NCBI RefSeq assembly: GCF_001194135.2
Contig: NC_068990.1
Location: 88,015,399 to 88,079,398, forward strand
Source of the DNA: Octopus bimaculoides
Taxonomy: Eukaryota
Length of the DNA: 64,000 nt
Direction: 5' to 3'
Position numbers and translations under genes: made by a program. Below are positions 56,726-64,000 of this stretch, in pieces. Every line of letters starts with the position of its first letter. Positions within the stretch are counted from its first letter, which is position 1. The notes under the pieces are model-generated. The model saw nothing but the letters and a program-made list of their open reading frames with translations. It searched no databases and was not told the DNA's origin.

Positions 56726-59700
56726 CTAAAAGAAGGAAAAAAACCATAATATATCATAAATAATCAAGTGGATCAAAGAGATTATCAAACAAATTTAAAA
56801 CAAAATACATCAATATTTGTACAATCAAAATATTTATCACTAAAATACTATCCTTTTAACTCAACACATTCAAAGCACAACAAGCCAAAGTAACCACAAA
56901 GCAATTCTATTTAATGCTTTATACAGTCAATTGGATGCTTTATGTGCATGTATATATAATTCACAATATGGATGTCTGTTCAGATTGTCTTTTAAATTCA
57001 CTAACAAGGATTCGGTCAGACCAGCATTATAAAAGACGTTTGCCCAAAGTGCAACGCAGCATAAATGAACTTAAAACCATGACTTCAGAAACAGTAAGTG
57101 GAAATGACCAAACAAAAAGTACTAACAGGAACTGGTGACAATATGCTACTACACATGTTTACTGTAACTAAAATTTAATAACAAAATGTTTTTATGTTAG
57201 AGGGAATTTGCTGCCTTTGTAGAAAGAGAGAGTGCTAAAATTTACTTACCAAGCTTCCTTTCAATGAGAGCATTATCAGTCAATGGAATACGTCGTCCTT
57301 CTATTTTACCATATCCTCTTTTATAGACCAATTCACGAACACTCTTCAGGTTAGGGTACCTAACAATAACAAAAAAAAAATCCATGTCAAAATCAAGATA
57401 AAACAAGCTTATTCAAAGCGACAAGATAAATGTATTTTAATATGATCAAACGATCCCACATCAGGCAAAATATATTTGTAATTTATTTGCCTCTCCGTAT
57501 ATCCATAAAAAGATATTCTCACTTAGTCAACTGATAACCTTCAAAGGATATTTTGTCAGCTCATGTTATTCAACACCTCTTCTGTGTAACTTTAGCCTCA
57601 TTCGAGAAAAAACTGTCAAAAGTGTTCCTATTTACACCATCTATGTGTGTTTTCTTTGCAGTTTATTAAGCAAACTTACGACATAAAAAAGTGGATTCCT
57701 TTCCTCCATGATTGAAATACTGAGTCGGCATGAAAGTAATTTCCTTTTCGGAAATAGAGTTACAATTTTTTTTTAATGACTTTTTTCTATGTTATCTTTT
57801 TCCTTCTGACATTTGATAGCTGTTACTTTTTGCTTACTTTAGAAGCAAACTACACATAATTCTGTTCACAGTTGTCAATTATAAAATGCTGTGCAAAATC
57901 GAACACTCACATTTTACTGACACAAGCAACATTAGTAGTGCTCATGCTGAAGTTAAAATGAAAATCACACCACACGAATGATAACATGCCTGGATGGCTG
58001 CTTACCCCCAAGTGATATAAGGTTCGCAAATCTTGATCATCTGTAAAGTTGCTTTGTTGACTTTGACAAAGACACCATTGTTAATCTGTCTCAGCCTAAA
58101 CAACTGCATTACCTTTCTGGGTCGTGGATGGACTCCATTGATACTGGAAAATAGAAATATGAGATAACATACATGAAATATAGGAAACTGAAATAGGAAC
58201 ATTACATTTCATCAAAAGTTGGAGTTATTAATAGTGTTGTAAGGTAGCATTAACCCTTTCTAACACACCTTATGTGTTTCACTTAAATTCTAAAATAATC
58301 ATCAACATTTAACAACCATATTCCATGCAGATATCAACAGTAGATTAAAAAAAATTAGGTCCACAGGAATTGAAATTTGTGGACTAAAAGGTGGTTGAAA
58401 GTGGTGGAGATACAGGAAGATAAGCAAATATACTGACTAGTTCAGATTTTGCAGCCTTCACATACATGTTATTTACAGTTTAGACTGAAAATTAATTGCT
58501 TCTGCTAGATACATAGAACTTAAGATTACAAATGTTGAGCTAGTTCTGCACCAAGTCTATTGCTTTATTCTTTAATACAGGAAGTCACTTTTCCTTACAT
58601 CATCATCATTTAACGTCTGTTGTCCATGCTGGCAAGCAGGGAAGTTGCATCAGACTCTAGTCTGACTCGGCATAATTTTTATAGTTGGATGCCCTTCCAA
58701 ACACCAACCACTTGACAAGATTGTGCTGGGTGCCTTTAAGTGGCACCAGCCTTGCAGGTCAATCTTCACCACCATGGAGACCAGTCCTAACAGTTCTGCT
58801 GTGGAATACCGGTTTACTTGAGCACAGGAAGGTGTCAGGCATCTTGGTCTTCTTTCATCTCACCTGACAAGTCCAGAGTCCTGAGATCATTCTTCAGTAC
58901 TTCGTCCCATGTCTTCCTGGGTCTCCCACTTCCACACTTTACATTTACTTTGAGAGATCGGCACTTCTTTATGGAGCTGTCAGCAACCCTCGTCACATGA
59001 TCAAACCAGCAGTCTTCTCTTACACGCAGCCATTAATTCCCATGCCTAACTTCTCTCTCAAAACATTAGCACCATCAGACATGTATACTTATGTATACAA
59101 ATCCAGCAGGGTATACTAGCCTCATTCCTTTCTAACCTTCACATGTCCTCTGCATTCAGGGCTCACGTCTCACTATCATGTAGAATGTAAAACACTCATA
59201 TACACCATATAGTTCTCCAAAACCCCAATCTTCACCCAAAATCAAGAGAAAAAAATAAGCTGTTACAATGAGGAGTTAAGAATTTGAAGTAATCTTTTTG
59301 TAGTAACATACCCTCTAATTCTTATGACAAAAGCCAATTTTGCACCACTGGGAACATAATAGTTTCCAGCTCGGCGAGCTTCACGACGCAGCCTGATCTC
59401 CTCACGTGCCTGCATGCGATACTCTTTTACATATTTCTCAGCTCGATGAAAGATTGTTATCTTCTTCTTCTTGAGTTTCTGAAGTGAAAGATTAATTATT
59501 GGATCACTCTACTGTCTTAAAACTAGAATTGGGAAGAGAAAACTCTTTTGCCATTCATCTGTGAAAAAATATTCAGATGGCATATATAAGCTAACAACTA
59601 TTTAACATTCATTCACCTGTTTCAGTTTATAAATCAATAATTCCTTACAGTTGAGTTACATAACCACTAAAGAGAGATTAAAATATTTTTATAAATATCT

Positions 59701-62700
59701 AGACTACATTTTAACAGATTTTAATAAAAAAAAAAAAATTAAAAAAATTACTGTTCAATTTTTAATCAAAAACAATTTTCCCTTTTCAACATCAATATCT
59801 AGTTCTAATAAAACCATCTCCACTAAAAAGAATGCAAAATGATAAAGGAATAGTAAGAGATACCTACAGCTTTTTTCTGGAGAATATTAGCCTTTCGTTT
59901 AATAGCTTGAGCTTTCCTGGTTTTCCTTCTCTTCAATACACTTTCAGGTACTTTGGGGATTTTTTTTTCACTGGAAAGAAAAATAATTTTCAGATAGAGA
60001 AAATACAGAAAAAACACTATATTCATGGAATTTAGAAATAACTTCGTAAGAGCTTAAATTAACAATACCAAAAGATGTAATAAGTAAATGAGAAAACAAA
60101 ATCACACTTACCCATCAGTTTTTTTCCCAGCACTGAAAAATTAAAAGTACACATTGAAAATTTTTTTTGTTACTCAATATTTCAAATAAACCATTTAGAA
60201 TTTTAAACTGATGATAATCATCTAAAATATATTTAACTAGAAAACACATATATATTGCATATTATTTGGACTGTTTTTAAAAGCACAATAAAGCACTCAG
60301 GATATTGTAAGTTGACCTCATCAGCTGAACAGATAATCATCATCATCATCATCGTTTAACGTCCGCTTTCCATGCTAGCATGGGTTGGACGATTTGACTG
60401 AGGACTGGTGGAATAATGTATAGATTAATAAGGTTTTAATGAAAGCTACAGGGTTAACTTTCCAGATGTTTATAAAATTTGTGTGGCATGATCCTTACTC
60501 TTATGTGGTATGCATTCATAATGCATGGTGCTCAGTATTATTTAACTAAAAAGTAAATATATCACATTCTTCAATGAATTTACTGTTGAAAACATGTAGA
60601 ATGTTTGTGAATAAACATGTTTCAATGCTTCGATATTGCCAAAGTGTATGGAGTTAAAAAAGGTTTAACACAGAGTGAGTGATAGTGTGAGGTCTATTGG
60701 TTAGGGTACTGCACTCACAAATGCAAGATGGTGATTTCAATTCTTGGACTGGACAGGGCAAGCATTCCACTTTGCTCCTGCCCACGCAACAGTAAATGAG
60801 TAACCCTACAACTGACTGGCATGCCATTCAGTGGGAATCTGCTCCTGCCCACGCAACAGTAAATGAGTAACCCTACAACTGACTGGCATGCCATTCAGTG
60901 GGAATCTTATAATCTCTCATATGCTACAAAAACTTAACTAACCCAATGAGCCCTAGAACTTGAAACAGTAAAGGTTGCACACAATAGTGTGGACAAGATA
61001 TTCTAGTATCACCTTAACCATTTTAGCATTTAGATTACTCTCCCAAATTTATTGCTTACTTATTAAAACTGTTTTGTATAAATCATACATTATCTTGTAG
61101 CTATGAAATCTCACTGAGAATGATATAGTAGGGTAGGTGTGAGAGGCAGGATCTAGCTGGTTTGAATACAAAGCAGGTAGAATATTTCGCCAGGTTAAAT
61201 GCTAAATGGTTAAGCTCTAGAGCTTTAACAATTAAAAAATGGTTATCTACACAAACAAGACAACACCTGAGTCAATCAGAGGCCTCTACTAACAGTCCCA
61301 AATCCCTCAAACTCTAACCTACAGTTTTAAACAAGGACACATTGGATTCTATAGTTCTAAAACGTTCTGAAAGGACAAGTTAGTCACTGTTGGAATGCTT
61401 TTGATGAATATGAATGGTGAGCCGGAATTAAAAATCTGATAAAATAATACTCACTCTCCAGTTTTCTTTGCAGCCCTGAAAAATTAAAATGACATCACAG
61501 TCATATATTGACAAACACAACAAAGTAATTTTCAATATTACATAGCTAATGTTTATATTAAAATTAAGACGTATCTTCATAATCCTCATTAACATTTGTG
61601 TCTTTTTGCTTGCATGGATTAGACAAAATTCATTAAGACAGATTTTCTATGATTGGATGCCACTTCCGAGCACCAACCCTCACCCGTTTTCAAGTATGGT
61701 AATATTTCTCTATGGCCAGATAACATCTTCACAGATTAGGACGACAGATTAGTAAAGCACGTTTACAACTAGGTTGATGTCAAGATAGAGACACAAGCAC
61801 ACACAACTACCTAATTTCCACAAAGCTGTGATTGAACTGGGCTTACAAGACATTTGTCCAAGTGTCATTGCATGAGGCTGAACTGAAAATCATGTGGTTG
61901 GGAAGAACTTAACCACATAGTATTGCTTTAAATATTCAATAATTCTGAAATTTTTTATATGTATAACTTGTCAACAAAATTATTTAATTCCATAAAAGTA
62001 CAGCCAGCCATCACTTACCAACAAGTATGGCATAATTATTTTAGGTACCTAGTCATGAGTAAACAGATCCCCCCACAGCCCCTTTAGAGGCAATATCCAG
62101 GATATCAGCAGGAGGGAGAGAGGGCTGTTTCAGTAGCCTGTTAGTACCTTTAGAGCTGAGTAGATTAGAGCAATCCACTGTCCAGTTCAAGAATTGAACC
62201 CATGACTTTACCCAGAGTCAAACATCCATAGACAATGACCTTTCACATACTCAACTACACATGAACAAGATAATACTCACACTCGAGTTTTCTTGGCAAC
62301 ACTGAAAAATTAAAATAACAGCATATTTAAGATCTATATTGATCAACATTTCAATTAAGTGATTTACAATATTATATAAATATGAAAAACATCTAAAGAA
62401 TTTACTGTCTTAAATTACTAAAATATACTGCTTTCATAATCATTTAATGTCTGTTTTCAATGCCGACATGGTTTAGACGGTTTGACTGAAAAGTAGTAAG
62501 CCAGGGAGCGGCACCAGGTTCCAATCTGATTTAGCATGGCTTCTACAGCTGTAGGCTCTTCTTTATACCATTGTGGAAAGTTCCAAGGGACTGTTGAAGA
62601 AAAGTGGGGCAATAATGGGGTGGCTATTCATGTAAAAACAACAAAATAATGGGTTCAATAGGTCAAGTTTTATTTGTGAAATACAGTTGCTTTGAATTTG

Positions 62701-63074
62701 TTTCAAAAAGAGTCCTATGTTTGTGACGTTTAGTTGGGGTGGGGGTGCCAGGAATGTTGCCCAGGTGTCAAGGGGGCAACAGCCCAAAAATTCCTGGGAA
62801 CCAATGATGTAGAACATATGTAAGGATTTACACCACTTCATTCTTCTATGAGACCACCTATCCTTATAGATGGTTGGTTATCACTTATCCTATTAAGTTT
62901 ATTTGTAATTTCTTACTACCGATTACAGCTGAATAGATTTAAGCAATGCACTGCCCTGTTCAAGAATTGAACCCATGACTTTACTCAGAGTCAAACATCC
63001 ATAGACAACGAGCGTTCACATATTCAACTACATATCAACAAGGTAATACTCACGTTCTAGTTTTCTTCAAAGGA
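56517..63074 (-). CDS. RPL7: 60S ribosomal protein L7 (uL30), multi-exon; start codon lies beyond the right edge of the window
   Basis: Spliced translation ...[16 protein letters not shown]...AEKYVKEYR...[37 protein letters not shown]...[25 protein letters not shown]...LTDNALIE...[16 protein letters not shown]...NFLWPFKL...[19 protein letters not shown] is clearly eukaryotic L7. All introns are GT-AG with consistent phases. Confidence 0.97.
57250..57359 (-). CDS. RPL7: RPL7 internal exon (110 nt, [36 protein letters not shown])
   Basis: AG at 57360-57361, GTAAGT donor starting at 57249; missed by the ORF track. Confidence 0.95.
58006..58143 (-). CDS. RPL7: RPL7 internal exon (138 nt, [19 protein letters not shown]...EPYITWG)
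   Basis: ttccag acceptor at 58144-58145, GTAAG donor at 58005. Confidence 0.95.
58597..59230 (-). mobile_element. RTE-clade LINE 3' fragment in an RPL7 intron
   Basis: Minus-strand remnant [47 protein letters not shown], followed by the ...gacgttaaatgatgatg tail. Confidence 0.75.
59312..59478 (-). CDS. RPL7: RPL7 internal exon (167 nt, [21 protein letters not shown]...[10 protein letters not shown])
   Basis: ttcag acceptor at 59479-59480, GTATG donor at 59311. Confidence 0.95.
59868..59970 (-). CDS. RPL7: RPL7 exon (103 nt, [34 protein letters not shown])
   Basis: ctttccag acceptor at 59971-59972, GTAGGT donor at 59867; begins in phase 2. Confidence 0.93.
60112..60132 (-). CDS. RPL7: RPL7 21-nt microexon (AGKKTDG)
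   Basis: ttttaatttttcag|tgctgggaaaaaaactgatgg|gtaagt; phase 2 at both ends, in frame with the next exon. Confidence 0.85.
60774..60907. repeat. Perfect 2 x 67-bp direct tandem repeat within a SINE remnant
   Basis: gctcctgcccacgcaacagtaaatgag...gtgggaatct is repeated exactly (60774-60840, 60841-60907). Confidence 0.9.
61455..61475 (-). CDS. RPL7: RPL7 21-nt microexon (AAKKTG-D)
   Basis: ttttaatttttcag|ggctgcaaagaaaactggaga|gtgagt. Confidence 0.82.
62281..62301 (-). CDS. RPL7: RPL7 21-nt microexon (VAKKTR-V)
   Basis: ttttaatttttcag|tgttgccaagaaaactcgagt|gtgagt. Confidence 0.82.
63054..63074 (-). CDS. RPL7: RPL7 21-nt microexon (PLKKTR-T)
   Basis: tatttttattttgcag|tcctttgaagaaaactagaac|gtgagt. 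Confidence 0.8.
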
Positions 63075-63147
63075 CTGCAAAATAAAAATAACAGTATATT
63101 ACACATCTATATTGATCAACATTTCAAATTAAGTGATTTACAATATA

Positions 63148-63355
63148 TTGGCACTGGTGCATAATTATTGCAGCGTTTTTTGGGCGAAATTTTATCAACA
63201 AAAACATCTTTAAATGATTATTCTGGAGCATATTTACCATCTACTTCAATTAATGCTCACAATTTGCTTGGCAGACAGTCAGGCCGTCATTTAAAGATGT
63301 TTTTGTGGCATTAAATTTCTTCAAACTAAGCCGCAATAATTATGCACCAACCCAA
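63148..63355 (-). mobile_element. Mariner-derived MITE inside one copy of the RPL7 tandem duplication
   Basis: TA flanks; TIR ttgg(gt/ca)tggtgcataattattgc(g/a)gc at both ends; remnant transposase C-terminus ...LPSK..ALIEVDGKYAPE*; absent from the sister unit at ~62370. Confidence 0.85.
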
Positions 63356-64000
63356 TATGAATATGAAAACCATCTAAAGAATTTACGGTCTCAAATTACT
63401 AAAATACACTGCTTTCATAATCCTTTAACGTCTGTTTTCATCGCTGGCATGGGTTAGACAGTTTGACTGAAAAGCAGTAAGCCACACCAGGTTCCAATCA
63501 GATCGAGAATGGTTTCTAAAGCTGGATGCCCTTCCGTACACCGTTGTTAAAACGATGATAATCATTATTCACCTTTATACATGTAGAGCTGTGGTTCCCA
63601 AAGTGGACTATTGCCCATTCCACTCCACCCCCCTGGGAGCAGTGGAAGGTTCAAAGTGGACATTGAAGAAAAGCGGGGCAATAATTGGTAGTGATTCATA
63701 TAAAAACAAAATAAAGGGTTAGCTTAAGTTCTATTTGTGAAATATAGTAACTTTGAATTTGCTTCAGAAAGCAGTCTATATTTGTGATGGTTAGTTAGGG
63801 TGAGGGTGCTAAGAATGTCACCTGGGCGTCAAGGGGGCAACAGCACAAAAATGCCTGGGAACCACTGATGTAGAGCATGTGTGAGGATTTACACCACTTC
63901 ATTCCTCTAAGAGACCACCTATCTTTATAAGTGGTTGGTTATCACTTATCTTATTAAGTTTATTTGTAATTTCTTACTACCCATTACAGTTGAATAGATT

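Larger units (their letters stand above)
62180..64000. repeat. Tandem duplication of a microexon+intron unit (period 773 bp between microexons; second unit about 1060 bp including a MITE)
   Basis: 62181-62940 aligns by eye with 62956-64000 (gttcaagaattgaacccatgacttta.c.cagagtcaaacatccatagacaa ... cttactacc.attacag.tgaatagatt). The start of a further unit is expected past the window edge. Confidence 0.9.

Noticed and set aside
56960-57110. Possible intronic snoRNA in the last RPL7 intron
   Set aside because: A weak hairpin ending in ACA exists, but there is no proper H box or C/D pair. No canonical box C/D pairs were found by eye in the other RPL7 introns.
60113-60115. ATG inside the 60112-60132 microexon as the RPL7 start
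   Set aside because: ATG G|TG AAA is out of frame with the EKKIPKVPE exon.
62031-62033. ATG (MPYLL|gtaagt) as RPL7 first exon
   Set aside because: It ends in phase 0 while the downstream exons need phase 2, and there is no 5'TOP-like context.

Overview
AT-rich, microsatellite- and SINE-saturated animal genomic DNA with many N gaps. The repeat families resemble those of Octopus/cephalopods (inference, not a database match). Two convergent protein-coding genes are visible. (1) On +, the large terminal coding exon (46214-47025) of a TASK-family two-pore K+ channel; its first exon is not in the sequenced part of the window, so the preceding ~46 kb is probably one large intron. (2) On -, ribosomal protein L7 (uL30), with five ordinary exons (59970 down to 56517). 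The most notable observation is upstream of the RPL7 core: an array of at least four paralogous 21-nt, phase-2/phase-2 microexons (63054-63074, 62281-62301, 61455-61475, 60112-60132). Each encodes an xxKKTxx heptad, and the array was built by tandem duplication of exon+intron units. None of these appear in the ORF track. The rest is transposon debris (tRNA-derived SINEs, RTE, CR1-like and Penelope-like retroelements, Tc1/mariner, pogo-type, hAT and Merlin relics and MITEs), several near-perfect palindromes, and simple repeats. Almost all ORFs in the supplied track are microsatellite or gap artefacts.
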